DNA from: an uncultured Nitrososphaerota archaeon
GTDB taxonomy: Archaea > Thermoproteota > Nitrososphaeria > Nitrososphaerales > CADDZS01
Reading direction: 5' to 3'
Assembly: GCA_963799845.1 (NCBI GenBank)
Contig: CAWCYI010000006.1
Location: 704,001-768,000 of the forward strand
Length of the DNA: 64,000 nt
The stretch's first letter is position 1, and each line of letters starts with the position of its first letter. Positions 28,224 to 38,376 of this stretch are shown here, piece by piece. The notes beneath the pieces were generated by a model. It did no database searches. It was not told the DNA's origin and saw only the letters and a program-made list of their open reading frames with translations. Position numbers and translations under genes: made by a program.

Positions 28224-29231
28224 TCAACTTGTGTAGGACTTGAAGTAGGGAATCACTTCCCTTCGAAACAGATCAATGAACTTTGGCTGGCTGGGACTCG
28301 AGCTCGTTATGTGGATCTGATCGAAGCCGATCTTCCTGTACTTCTCGATTGCCTTGATGAATGGCTCCGCGGAAGTGCCGACAATCCACGATCTGGACAG
28401 TTGTTCATTTCCCACCATGTCGCCGTGCGCCTCGATCTCCTTTGGATCGAACACAGCCATCTTGTAGAAAACGGGCATCGTCGATCCCGCCCAGGGGCGA
28501 GCAGCGTTCAGTGCTGCTTCCGGATCTTCGTCGTAGGTCATCCAGACTTCGAGCGATTTCGAGAAATCTTCCATCGCCCGGCCGGATGATTTCAGCCCTT
28601 TCTCCAGAGCCGGAAAGAGGACATCTCTGTAGGTTTCGTCGGTCGCCGGCGGCGTAAGGAACCCGTCTCCCAATCTTCCAGCAACCTCGGCGACCGTGGG
28701 CCCGCTCGCCGCCACGTAAATGGGAATCTTGTTTTTGCTCCGTGTGTACAGTTTTGCTTTGTTCAGCTTGAAGTACTTTCCGCGATAAGATTGAAGCTCG
28801 CCCGTCCATAGTCTGCGGATAACTTCGATCGCCTCTTCCAGTCGCTGGACCCTCTCCGAATAGGGCGGCCACTTGAACCCCAGCGGCATCTCATTCAGGG
28901 CCTCTCCTGTTGCAAGCGAAAGAAAAATTCTGTTGTTGTACATGTATTCCATGGTAGCAAAAGCCTGCGCAACAATCCCTGGATGGTACCTGAGAATGGG
29001 GCAGGTGATCCCGGTTCCGAATTTTATCCTCTTAGTCGCTTGAGCGGCAGAGGCGATGAATGTCCAGGCGAAGCTGCATGCGGCATTAGTGTGAAACCAC
29101 GGAAGAAAATGATCGCTGGCCCAGATCGAATCGAATCCGGCCTGTTCCGCCAGTACGACGTGTTCCAGCGCGACATCGGGCTGAAACTGCTCCAGAGAGA
29201 TCTGATAACCCAAGTCAAATTTCGGTTTCAA
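28224..29231 (-). CDS. LLM-class F420-dependent oxidoreductase (FGD / G6PDH-F420-like)
   Basis: SLEQF, SDHFLPW, GTGITCP, ATGEALNE. Confidence 0.9.
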   Translation of the reverse strand: MKPKFDLGYQISLEQFQPDVALEHVVLAEQAGFDSIWASDHFLPWFHTNAACSFAWTFIASAAQATKRIKFGTGITCPILRYHPGIVAQAFATMEYMYNNRIFLSLATGEALNEMPLGFKWPPYSERVQRLEEAIEVIRRLWTGELQSYRGKYFKLNKAKLYTRSKNKIPIYVAASGPTVAEVAGRLGDGFLTPPATDETYRDVLFPALEKGLKSSGRAMEDFSKSLEVWMTYDEDPEAALNAARPWAGSTMPVFYKMAVFDPKEIEAHGDMVGNEQLSRSWIVGTSAEPFIKAIEKYRKIGFDQIHITSSSPSQPKFIDLFRREVIPYFKSYTS

Positions 29232-29297
29232 TTGAATTACACTCGGACTCGGAACTTTCGGGCAATATAATGAATTCCTTCTTAGGAATAACTCGAC

Positions 29298-29349
29298 TTT
29301 TCGAGCTCCGTTTCAGCTACTGATAGATGAAACAAGCTAATAGAAAGCA
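29298..29349. repeat. degenerate third phased-AGCT unit
   Basis: AGCT 29304, AGCT 29315, AGAT 29325, AGCT 29335, AGCA 29346 (spacing 11,10,10,11). Shares GAGCTCCGTT(T)CAGCT with copy B. Confidence 0.55.
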
Positions 29350-29418
29350 AATCCATTGAGTAATTCGCGCGGTTGCACAACCCCCCTTAGGGGGCCCCTC
29401 ACTCCATCGTGACTTTGT

Positions 29419-29562
29419 GCGTCCGTTCAATTCGTTTCGAGCTCTCTAAGCTCCGTTCAGCTCGTTTCAAGCTCTTCTGAACTTACAGAGCTTGAACGGA
29501 GCTTAGCCGTCAAAACGATCGCGTGGTTGCGAAACGGCAGAATTTTTTTCTAAGAATCAATG
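29419..29562 (-). repeat. dispersed intergenic repeat copy B (phased AGCT array), inverted relative to copy A
   Basis: Reverse complement of 29436-29503 matches 11380-11447 with 4 mismatches. An extra degenerate unit lies at 29419-29435. Confidence 0.92.
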
Positions 29563-29603
29563 GGAACTCGTAATTAACGTCTCGGGGGCCGACAAGAGAT
29601 TCT

Positions 29604-30800
29604 CTAGTCCAGACTCAATGGGTACGAAGAGATTCTTTCGTTACCTTTCTTGGTGATTACGAACGCGTCTTCTAGTCTGATGCCGCCCGTCTCTTCCGTG
29701 TATATTCCCGGCTCAACGACGACCACGCTCCCTTCCTCAACCGTCTCCTCTGAATTGGGAATGAACCACGGGGGTTCCTGATCGTCCAGTCCGATCGAGT
29801 GACCGGCGTGGTGCAAAAGTTTAGGATAGCCTGCCTTTGTAATTTCGTTGTTCACGGCGGCGTAGATCTCCTTTCCCTTCGTACCCGGCTTCATTATCTC
29901 CTGCGCACGATCAAGCGCCGTTACCAGAGTCTCTGCGACCTTCTCCTGTTTTTTCGAAGGTTTCTTGCCTATGACAAAGGTCCTGCAAAGGTCCGACCAG
30001 TAGTTGTTGTAAGAGGCCTGGAGATCCAAGATGATCGTGTCTCCCTTTTTGAATTTACGACCTGTAGCCCAGCCGCCCACTTCCAGAGACCTTTCTCCTG
30101 AAGCATAGTCCCCGATTATCCAGCCGAACGGACCGAACTTCTCAAAGGCGCGAAAATTGGTCTTCCGATAAACATCGATTTCCGTTTTTCCAGGCTTCGA
30201 ATTTTTCTGCGCGGTCTTGTAGGCGTAATCTATCATTTTGGTTGCTGATCTTAGATTCTCGATTTCGTCGCTGCCCTTAGTCTTACGCATCGAGAGGATG
30301 GTCCGAGAAATTCCGACCAGCTCGGGCCCACCGCCGCCACTCAATATGGCCGATCTGAAGATGTCTGGAAGATGCCACTCCTCGATCCCGAGCCTTCGGA
30401 TTCCCGAGTGCTTCCTGTACCACTTTTGAAACTCGGAAGAAAGGGTGTCGGCATACGTGATCATCCGCTCATTTAGGTCATAATCAATGTAAGTTGATAT
30501 TTCCCCTTCAAAGACGAGCTCCAAACCATTTTTCCCGGATTGTTTTGCAACCCAGGGATTAACGAGCTCTCCCCTTCCAATGAGAAAAGTTGCCTTTCCA
30601 CTATTGTCGATTGCAAGAAAAGAAGTTGATCTCTGCCCCTTCATCAGAGTGAGGTACATGTTGAGGTTGGAAGGGAAACCGCTGAAGTAGAAAATGTGCT
30701 TCGGATTGGAAATAATCGCGAGATCGATATTCTTCTCCTTCATCTCCGAGGCGAAGAGTTCCCGTCTCTCTCTGGGACTGTTGATGCTTTTTCCTGGCAA
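29604..30800 (-). CDS. M24 family (Xaa-Pro) peptidase-like protein
   Basis: Creatinase N-domain; ILDL...SDLCRTF, HHAGHSIGL, EPGIY, GIRLED. Confidence 0.88.
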   Translation of the reverse strand: MPGKSINSPRERRELFASEMKEKNIDLAIISNPKHIFYFSGFPSNLNMYLTLMKGQRSTSFLAIDNSGKATFLIGRGELVNPWVAKQSGKNGLELVFEGEISTYIDYDLNERMITYADTLSSEFQKWYRKHSGIRRLGIEEWHLPDIFRSAILSGGGGPELVGISRTILSMRKTKGSDEIENLRSATKMIDYAYKTAQKNSKPGKTEIDVYRKTNFRAFEKFGPFGWIIGDYASGERSLEVGGWATGRKFKKGDTIILDLQASYNNYWSDLCRTFVIGKKPSKKQEKVAETLVTALDRAQEIMKPGTKGKEIYAAVNNEITKAGYPKLLHHAGHSIGLDDQEPPWFIPNSEETVEEGSVVVVEPGIYTEETGGIRLEDAFVITKKGNERISSYPLSLD

Positions 30801-30872
30801 GTTGTTACCTCGCCGTGAGGTCGAAGCGAGATAAGTGTTTTTCTCGGTATTTTCGGGCTAGTTCGAACGATC

Positions 30873-31703
30873 TTAAGCCTGGATTGAGCTCTCGACGGCT
30901 CGGGAACTCTTATTCTCGTTGAAGACTTGAGTCGCTTCGTGAACCGTCGCATTCTCGTGGACTACTGCTCTAATTCCCTTGATCATGGCGACGGGGTTGT
31001 CATTCTGCCAGATGTTTCTTCCCATGTCAACGCCAACCGCGCCTTCCCTAATCGCATTGTAGGCAAGCTGGAAAACGTCGATCTCGCTGTTCAGTTTCGG
31101 CCCACCTGCGACAACGATTGGAACCGGACAACCGTTCACCACTTTTGAAAAGTCCTCGCAGTAGTACGTCTTTACGACGTGAACCCCTATTTCTGCGGCA
31201 ATGCGACAGGCGAGGCTAAGGTAGCGCACGTCTCTCTTCTCCAACTCTTTACCAACTGCAGTGATTGCCATTACGGGCATACCATACTCTTCTCCTTCGT
31301 CAACGAGTTTCGCAAGATTAAGTAGCGTCTGTTTTTCGTGGTCAGTTCCAATGAAAATTGAAAGCGCCACCGCACAAACATTCAGCCGGACAGCTTCGCG
31401 CATCGAAGTCGTGATTCCTTCATCGCTCAGATCTTCATGAAGAACGCTGGTTCCTCCGGAGACCCTGAGCAAAATCGGAGTGTCCCACTTCGGATCAACC
31501 GATGTTCGGAGTACTCCTCTAGTGACGGCTAAAGTGTCTGCAAAAGGCAGTAGTGGTTCGATGGTCTTCTTGGGGTTCTCCAACCTGTGGGTAGGGCCCA
31601 TGAAGTAGCCGTGATCGCACGCAAGCATGACGGAATGTCCCGTTGAAGGTTTGATCATTCTCGATAACCTATTTTTTAGTCCCCAATCCATTTTCTTTTC
31701 CAC
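30873..31703 (-). CDS. lsrF: 3-hydroxy-5-phosphonooxypentane-2,4-dione thiolase LsrF (class I aldolase fold)
   Basis: DWGLKNRLSR, MLACDHGYFMGPT, VKTYY Schiff-base Lys, AGGPK, GVDMGRNIWQ. Confidence 0.88.
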   Translation of the reverse strand: MEKKMDWGLKNRLSRMIKPSTGHSVMLACDHGYFMGPTHRLENPKKTIEPLLPFADTLAVTRGVLRTSVDPKWDTPILLRVSGGTSVLHEDLSDEGITTSMREAVRLNVCAVALSIFIGTDHEKQTLLNLAKLVDEGEEYGMPVMAITAVGKELEKRDVRYLSLACRIAAEIGVHVVKTYYCEDFSKVVNGCPVPIVVAGGPKLNSEIDVFQLAYNAIREGAVGVDMGRNIWQNDNPVAMIKGIRAVVHENATVHEATQVFNENKSSRAVESSIQA

Positions 31704-31801
31704 CTTATCCCGATAGATTTGAGAAACGGGGCGCAGTGCCTATTAATTTATTCATGCGTAAAGAACGCTTAAAATGAGTCAGCCTTCTTGAAATAACGGA
31801 C

Positions 31802-32299
31802 ATGAAAGAAGCTCCAGTCCCGGCAGGAATGAGGATTACTCAAGTGGCAGTTGTCGTGAAAGATCTAAGGAAAACCATGGAATCTTACCACAAGATTCTG
31901 GGATGGGGGCCCTGGAGTGTGTATGAGCACAAGCCGCCGAATCTCCATCACACAACCCTGCACGGGAAGCAGGTTTCCTATTCAATGCTCGGGGCCGAAG
32001 TTCACTGCGATCCGATCGATTTTGAAATCCTGGAACCGCTGGACGGTCCCAGCATCTACAAGGAGTTTCTAGAGGAGCGGGGCGAGGGTCTGCACCACGT
32101 TTCAGTGGTCAGTCCTCGGGAAGACGTCCATGCAGCCTTGAATGATTTCAAAAAACAGGGAATCGAAGTCGCGATGAGCGGCCGTCTGGGCGATAATATC
32201 GAGTTCTATTACATGGATACAGATCCGATGTTGAAGATGGTCGCAGAGACCGTGAGCGGTCATGCGATCTCGATGAAGCCGAGCTGGACATATCCCTAG
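31802..32299 (+). CDS. VOC (glyoxalase / methylmalonyl-CoA epimerase-like) family protein
   Basis: QVAVVVKDL, EILEP..GPSIY.EFL...GEGLHH, YMDT. Confidence 0.88.
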   Translation: MKEAPVPAGMRITQVAVVVKDLRKTMESYHKILGWGPWSVYEHKPPNLHHTTLHGKQVSYSMLGAEVHCDPIDFEILEPLDGPSIYKEFLEERGEGLHHVSVVSPREDVHAALNDFKKQGIEVAMSGRLGDNIEFYYMDTDPMLKMVAETVSGHAISMKPSWTYP

Positions 32300-33866
32300 G
32301 TCCCGGCCGCGCGCCATAATGGATTCAACAATCCAGAATCCGCGATCTTCAGGTTTGCCCGATAAATATCAAGCCACTTTTCATATAGGACGGAGTATTG
32401 CTCGTGAATCTTCATTCTGGGCTTGAAGGTCTTCTCGATTCTTACCAGTTCAGCCGCGCCGTCTTGCAAGCTGTCGTAGAATCCGGCACCAACTCCCGCA
32501 CATATGGCAGCTCCCAGCGCCGTTGATTCCTTGATCACTGGAATATTGACTTGCACTCCCAGAGTGTCTGAGAGGATCTGGGCCAGAGGAAGCTTTTCGA
32601 TCCGCCCCCGGCAAAGGTCAATTCGTGAGGTTTTGATCGGGTTATCGACTCTATTATTTTCAGATGCCCTAACGAAACGTAGCCTGCGGCTTCCTCTATC
32701 GCTCGGATGCATTCTTTTTTACCTGATAACTTTGGGTTCGTAATATCAAATTGCAAAAACGAGGGAGACGCGTGAACCCAGTATTTTGAGTTCATTAGGT
32801 TTGAGAAGATTCCTAATACACCACTGCAACCTGGAGGGACCGAGCTTGCTTCCTTTTCCATCAGTTCGTACGCATCGACGCCGAGCCTTCTTGCCTCTTC
32901 TTTTTCCTCCTGGCAAAACGCATCCCTGAACCAGCGCATGGTCAGGCCGCAGTAAAATCCGATACCCTCGAGCATCCACTGGCCTTCGATGGTGCTGCAC
33001 AGGGTTCTCAATCTTATCTTTGGATCGATGAGCGGTTTATCGAGCAAAATTGTATGTTGCCAGAAACTTCCGCCAAGGATCGTGACCTTTCCCGGCCTCG
33101 AAACCCCGATCCCGGCGAGGCCCAGCTGAGTATCGGCGCCTCCTACGACCACCGGAGTCCCTTCGGGGAGAGACGTTTCCCTCGATGCTTTTTTCGTAAC
33201 TCCCCCGACGACGGTTCCCGACGAAATGACGCGGGGAAATATCTCCCTTTCCAGTCCGACCATCTCCAGTATTTCCCGAGACCACGACCTTGTCTTCAAG
33301 TCGAACATTCCGGAGCTGGAACCGATGGAGGGTTCAGTGACAAATTCGTCGGATAATCTGTAAAGAATCCAGTCAGCAAGCATCCCCATGTGCGCGATCT
33401 TACCGAACACTTCGGGCTCGTGTTTCTTAATCCAGAGAAACCTTGGCACTGAGGTAATGGAGACCCAGTCTCCCGAGATGAAGTATATCTTCTTGGCATC
33501 TCCACTCTTTACAAGTTCAGTGGCTTCATCCTTCGCCCTCGAATCTACGTTAGGGCAGGCCCAGATCTCCCGTCCCCGCTCGTCATACAAGACCATCCCC
33601 TCCCTCATGCTTGTCGCACTGACAGCATCAATTTTGGAGCCGTTGGTTCCCGCTTTTTCGATCGCGTCCCGAATGCAGACGCAAATTAGCCCCCAGTTTG
33701 TCCTTGTGTCGAAGACCTGCGATGTCGGGTAACCCTTGAGCGGTTTATGCGACCACTCCTGCTGGGAGAAGGAGACCTGATTACCAGATTTGTCGAAAAT
33801 GACGGCCCGGCAGCTGCCGGTTCCAGCGTCCACCGCCATTATGAAATGGTCTGATTCTCTCTTCAA
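32296..33866 (-). CDS. lsrK: autoinducer-2 (DPD) kinase LsrK, FGGY family; -1 frameshift at ~32580
   Basis: AVDAGTGSCRAVIFD, SATSMREGMVLYD, EIWACPNVDSRA, LGGSFWQ, WVHASPSF, C-terminal LWRAAG. Adding one base restores LWPQILSDTLG. Confidence 0.85.
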
Positions 33867-33892
33867 AGAAGGGACTCTTTTCTAAAAGGATG

Positions 33893-34939
33893 TTAATTCT
33901 TCAGAACTTCAGGATTTATCACGGTCTCAAGCGCGAGACCGGAAAGGTAACGTTGTAGCTGTTTTGCAACGATCTGAGCGCCCTTCGTCGTTGTTTCGAA
34001 TGTTGCTCCCGCAATGTGGGGAGTTACAATCACGTTATCCAGAGTGATCAACGGATTAACGGGGCGATTGGGATTGTACCTCAATACATCCATCGCTGCT
34101 CCCGCAATCTTATTCTGTTTCAGCGCTTCGAACAGGGCAGTTTCGTCAACCATGCTCGGTCTCGCCGTATTGATGAAAAAAGAGTCAGGCTTCATTGACC
34201 CGAACTCCGTTTCTCCAAAGAGGTATTCGTTTTCTTTCGATTCCCTGGCGTGAAGAGAAACAAAATCGGATGCCGATATTAGATTCTGAAAGTCCGTCAC
34301 CTTCACTCCAGGGGCCTCGATCTTTGATTTGTCAACGTAAGGGTCATAGACAAGAATTTCCATTCCAAACCCCAGGGCTCTCGTGCACACCTTTGAGCCT
34401 ACCCTGCCGTAGCCTACCAAGCCAAGAACTTTTCCGCCAAGCTCATGTCCGAAGAACTGGTTTCCCTCATAGTTATCTGCGCCAACGATTTTTGTTGCTT
34501 TTACATGATCCAGAGCTCGCACAATGTTCCTCGATAGCATGATCATGAACGCTATCGCGAGATCTGCAACAGCGTCCGCATTCTTGCCCGGTGCAGTTAC
34601 TACGGGGATCTTCGTTTCAGTTGCGGCCTGAACATCAATATTAACGGGCCCTCCGCGAGCGCAACAGATTAGTTTCAGATTGGGAGAAGCATCCAGTACC
34701 TGATCAGTTACGGGAGCTCCATGAACCACGAGGCAATCAACCGAATCTATCTCATTGATTAATTGACTTGGAGAGCCCAGGTACTCCCTAATCCTTCTTT
34801 CCGAATCGGAAATTGGATTCAGCTTCTGGTCTTCATTCATTTCGATATAGCGTACATCGCAGGTTCCTGAAATATCGGAGAATGCCTTTCTGAAATCCTC
34901 AACCGAGACAAAAGAGTCGCCTGCGACAAGAATCTTCAT
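33893..34939 (-). CDS. D-isomer-specific 2-hydroxyacid dehydrogenase
   Basis: ARGGPVNID, GYGRVG, INTAR, TPHIAG. Confidence 0.92.
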   Translation of the reverse strand: MKILVAGDSFVSVEDFRKAFSDISGTCDVRYIEMNEDQKLNPISDSERRIREYLGSPSQLINEIDSVDCLVVHGAPVTDQVLDASPNLKLICCARGGPVNIDVQAATETKIPVVTAPGKNADAVADLAIAFMIMLSRNIVRALDHVKATKIVGADNYEGNQFFGHELGGKVLGLVGYGRVGSKVCTRALGFGMEILVYDPYVDKSKIEAPGVKVTDFQNLISASDFVSLHARESKENEYLFGETEFGSMKPDSFFINTARPSMVDETALFEALKQNKIAGAAMDVLRYNPNRPVNPLITLDNVIVTPHIAGATFETTTKGAQIVAKQLQRYLSGLALETVINPEVLKN

Positions 34940-35706
34940 CGCATGCCCCTTCCGCCGCTGACAGTGAGGATCTCGCCAGTGACAAAATCAGATTCATCCG
35001 AAGCGAGGAAGACGCAAGCACTTCCGATCTCGTCCGGTCTTCCCAGCCTCTTGAGCAATGCTTCAGCTACCGCGTTTCTCCTAGCCTCTTCAGTCATGGA
35101 AGCCACCATGTCCGTCTCGATAGTACCAGGGGAAACCGCATTCACTCGAATGAAAGGTGCCAATCTGACGGCAAGAGCTCTAGTTACTCCAATCACCCCG
35201 GCTTTTGACGCCACATAGTTAGGAATCGTCAGAGCTGACGGCTGCGCGAGACCGGATATCGATGCTATGTTGATTATAGATCCTTTCTTCTGCTCGATCA
35301 TTATCGGAGCTACTTCCTTGCAACAGAAAAAAGTCCCCTTCAAGTTGACATCAATGGTTCTATCAAAATCTTCCTCGGTGGACGAGAGAAAATCCTTTCG
35401 TATGATGATGCCCGCATTGTTGACCAGCACATCTATTCTTCCCATCTTCTCTTTTGCAACAGAAACCATCGTCCTAATCTCGTCAATTTTCGAGACATTC
35501 CCCTTGGCAAGAAAAGCTCTTCCGGGGCCCTGATCGTTTAGAGACTCCACCAATTCGGTCGCTTGAGTCTCCGAGCTGTTATAATTCACCAAGACATCGG
35601 CTCCTTCCATGACAAACGATCTCGCAATGGCAGCTCCAATTCCTTTGCTAGCGCCTGTGACAATTGTTTTCTTGCCTTCCAGTCTGCTGTTTCCTGCGTG
35701 GCTCAT
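34936..35706 (-). CDS. SDR oxidoreductase (FabG-like)
   Basis: TGASKGIG, NNAG, YVASK. Confidence 0.92.
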   Translation of the reverse strand: MSHAGNSRLEGKKTIVTGASKGIGAAIARSFVMEGADVLVNYNSSETQATELVESLNDQGPGRAFLAKGNVSKIDEIRTMVSVAKEKMGRIDVLVNNAGIIIRKDFLSSTEEDFDRTIDVNLKGTFFCCKEVAPIMIEQKKGSIINIASISGLAQPSALTIPNYVASKAGVIGVTRALAVRLAPFIRVNAVSPGTIETDMVASMTEEARRNAVAEALLKRLGRPDEIGSACVFLASDESDFVTGEILTVSGGRGMR

Positions 35707-35815
35707 GTTACTGGTTCACCGGGCAGAGGTTATTCAGACTTTTGACGCGAGTGTCGCACACTTGAATCCTCATACTTTCTTATAAGAAAGGGAGGCCAAC
35801 AGTCGATTCGATTTA

Positions 35816-36169
35816 ATGTCAAGACAATTATCCTCAAGCGAAAGAGAGAAACTTCTTGAAGATATTTCGAACAAGTGGGAGGAAACTCTCCACTTCCTGG
35901 GAGAAGGCGGTGATGTCACTTTCGGTTTCCTTGCTCTGGCAAAACACGATCTGCTTGTTTCAGGAAATACGGTCAATTGTCAATATTGCAAACGGCATAT
36001 TGAGGAAGAAGCCAAGCTAATTGATATGACCATGGATCTCGCAAAGTTGGGAAACACGTACCCACACGCTCACGGTTTGGGCGAAAAGATGCGTATTGCT
36101 TTCTCGGCAATGAAAATCACAATATTCATTACACTTGGCGGACTGAGACGCGCCGGATTTCTCCCATAA
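35816..36169 (+). CDS. hypothetical protein with CxxC-x2-H motif
   Basis: 117-aa ATG ORF directly upstream of E2. Contains CQYCKRH and HAH. Confidence 0.6.
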   Translation: MSRQLSSSEREKLLEDISNKWEETLHFLGEGGDVTFGFLALAKHDLLVSGNTVNCQYCKRHIEEEAKLIDMTMDLAKLGNTYPHAHGLGEKMRIAFSAMKITIFITLGGLRRAGFLP

Positions 36170-36171
36170 AA

Positions 36172-37356
36172 GTGTGTGAACGTTTGGCGGAAGCGGTGAC
36201 GGTCCCTAAACTTGGTTTGACGATGAAGAAAGCCACCGTCGTCAAGTGGCACAAGCGAGAAGGGGAAGGAGTAAAAAAAGATGAAACAATCGCCGAGATA
36301 GAAACAGACAAAGTAACGTGCCAAATTCAATCCCCGCAAGACGGGATCCTTCTGAAAATCTTAGGACAAAAGGGCGCAAACGTCCCTGTAGGGGGAATTC
36401 TCGCTTACGTGGGACAGCAAGGGGAACAGGTTCCGGAGAATGTCGTGGCTCCGCCAAGTCCAACGGATAAACCAGCGCCTATTGCGGGAAAGCAATCAAG
36501 TGCTCAACCACTGATTCAAAGCCCCGCTTCTGATAAGAAGAGAGTGTCTCCGCGAGCTAAAAGACTGGTCGAAGAAAAGGGAATAGATCTCTCAAGAATT
36601 GTCGGCAGCGGACCTGAAGGAATGATCCTTGAGAGCGACATACTGGCTTACATCGAGACCAATCTCTCCCGAACGAGCAATGGACTGAAAGTTAAACAAG
36701 TGATTCCGTTCACTGCGATCCGCAAGGCCATCGCTGAAAATATGACTGCCAGCTTGCAGGGGATGGCGCAAGTAACACTGATGGCGGAAGCTGAGGTATC
36801 TCGCTTTCAGAAAATTCTAGCGGGAGCCGAGTCGTCCGATGATCATCCGACATACACAGATCTGCTGGTCCAATTAGTATCAAAGACTCTGGAAAATCAC
36901 CCCATGTTAAATTCGACGATCGAGGAAGACCAGATCAAGATTATCGAAGAGATCAATATTGGTGTGGGAGTCGCCGCAGAATCCGGTCTGGTCGTCCCAG
37001 TAATCAAAAACGCAAACAAAAAAGGTCTCAGCGAAATTTCAACCGCCCTTAAGGGACTGGGCGAGAAAGCCCGTCAGCAAAAATTGATGCTGGAAGACGT
37101 TTCTGGGGGAACGTTCACAGTTACAAATCTTGGGATGTATGGAATCACTGCATTTACCCCGATAATTAATCCTCCTCAAACTTCAATCTTGGGCGTTGGC
37201 GAAGTCACCCTCAAGCCAGTCGTGGACTCGGGGAAAATAGAAGTTAGACCGATGATGATGCTCAGCCTGACTTTTGATCATCGGGCGATGGACGGACACA
37301 TCGCAGCTAATTTTCTCAGGGACCTGAGAAAAGCCATCGAAAGTGGCTCTGGTTAG
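36172..37356 (+). CDS. dihydrolipoamide acyltransferase (E2) of a 2-oxoacid/acetoin dehydrogenase complex
   Basis: Lipoyl domain EIETDKV, E3-binding SPRAKRL...GSGPEG, catalytic DHRAMDG. Confidence 0.93.
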   Translation: MCERLAEAVTVPKLGLTMKKATVVKWHKREGEGVKKDETIAEIETDKVTCQIQSPQDGILLKILGQKGANVPVGGILAYVGQQGEQVPENVVAPPSPTDKPAPIAGKQSSAQPLIQSPASDKKRVSPRAKRLVEEKGIDLSRIVGSGPEGMILESDILAYIETNLSRTSNGLKVKQVIPFTAIRKAIAENMTASLQGMAQVTLMAEAEVSRFQKILAGAESSDDHPTYTDLLVQLVSKTLENHPMLNSTIEEDQIKIIEEINIGVGVAAESGLVVPVIKNANKKGLSEISTALKGLGEKARQQKLMLEDVSGGTFTVTNLGMYGITAFTPIINPPQTSILGVGEVTLKPVVDSGKIEVRPMMMLSLTFDHRAMDGHIAANFLRDLRKAIESGSG

Positions 37357-37369
37357 GCGCAGCGAAATC

Positions 37370-38359
37370 TTACTTTCCGAACGAGGCGTGAACTGCCTTG
37401 ACGATTCTTTCGGTGCTCGGAAGGAAGACTTCTTCCAGAACCGGACTGAACGGAGCCGGAGAGTTTAGGGCAGTGACCATCTTGATCGGAGAATCCAGAT
37501 AGTGGAAACCCCGATCCGCAACCAGGGCAGATACGTCGGTAGCAAAGCCGCATCGCGGGTAATCTTCGTCGACAACTACGAGTCTACCTGTTTTCTTGAC
37601 CGAATTCAAAATCGCTTCCTCGTCCAGAGGTACAATTGTCCTCGGATCAAGAACTTCTGCACTGATTCCTTCTTTCGCTAGAAGCGAAGCCGCTTCCAGA
37701 CTTTGATAAACTGTCCGAGCTAATCCGACGATCGTAACATCCTTGCCTTCCCGCTTGATCTCTGCTTTTCCGAAAGGTATGGTGTAGCTTTCGGTCGGAA
37801 CCCTTCCTTCAATGCTGTGCAGGAACTTGTGCTCGAAGAACATCACGGGATCGTCCTGCCTCAGCGCTTGAGTGAGAAGACCTTTGGCATCGTAGGGAGT
37901 CGACGGTACCACGCACTTTATTCCAGGAATGTGCGCGAAGATGGAATAGAGGCACTGAGAATGCTGCGCGGCTGCCGACAATCCTCCGCCGATCATGGTG
38001 ATTATCGTAAGCGGGATTTTCGCCTTGCCGCCGAACATGTATTTCATTTTCGCGGCTTGATTGAATATCTGGTCAGCGGTAACGCCGAAGAAATCAACGA
38101 ACATCAAATCAACTACGGGCCTCAGTCCTGTCGCAGCAGCTCCTACAGCGACCCCGACAAATCCGGCTTCAGAGATCGGGGTATCGATGATCCTGCTATC
38201 GCCGAACTTTTCCTTGAAACCCTTGAATCTGCCGAAGACGCCTCCCCAGATTCGAACGTCCTCCCCCATGACGATGATGCGATCATTCCTCTCCATTTCT
38301 TGCTGGAGCGCGTTAGTTATCGCTTGCAGAAATGTGAATTTTACTTCGCTGACTTGCAT
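37370..38359 (-). CDS. TPP-dependent dehydrogenase E1 beta (AcoB-like)
   Basis: GEDV, DTPISE, AAQHSQ, FEHK. Confidence 0.93.
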   Translation of the reverse strand: MQVSEVKFTFLQAITNALQQEMERNDRIIVMGEDVRIWGGVFGRFKGFKEKFGDSRIIDTPISEAGFVGVAVGAAATGLRPVVDLMFVDFFGVTADQIFNQAAKMKYMFGGKAKIPLTIITMIGGGLSAAAQHSQCLYSIFAHIPGIKCVVPSTPYDAKGLLTQALRQDDPVMFFEHKFLHSIEGRVPTESYTIPFGKAEIKREGKDVTIVGLARTVYQSLEAASLLAKEGISAEVLDPRTIVPLDEEAILNSVKKTGRLVVVDEDYPRCGFATDVSALVADRGFHYLDSPIKMVTALNSPAPFSPVLEEVFLPSTERIVKAVHASFGK

Positions 38360-38376
38360 GAAACATATTTCTCCTT

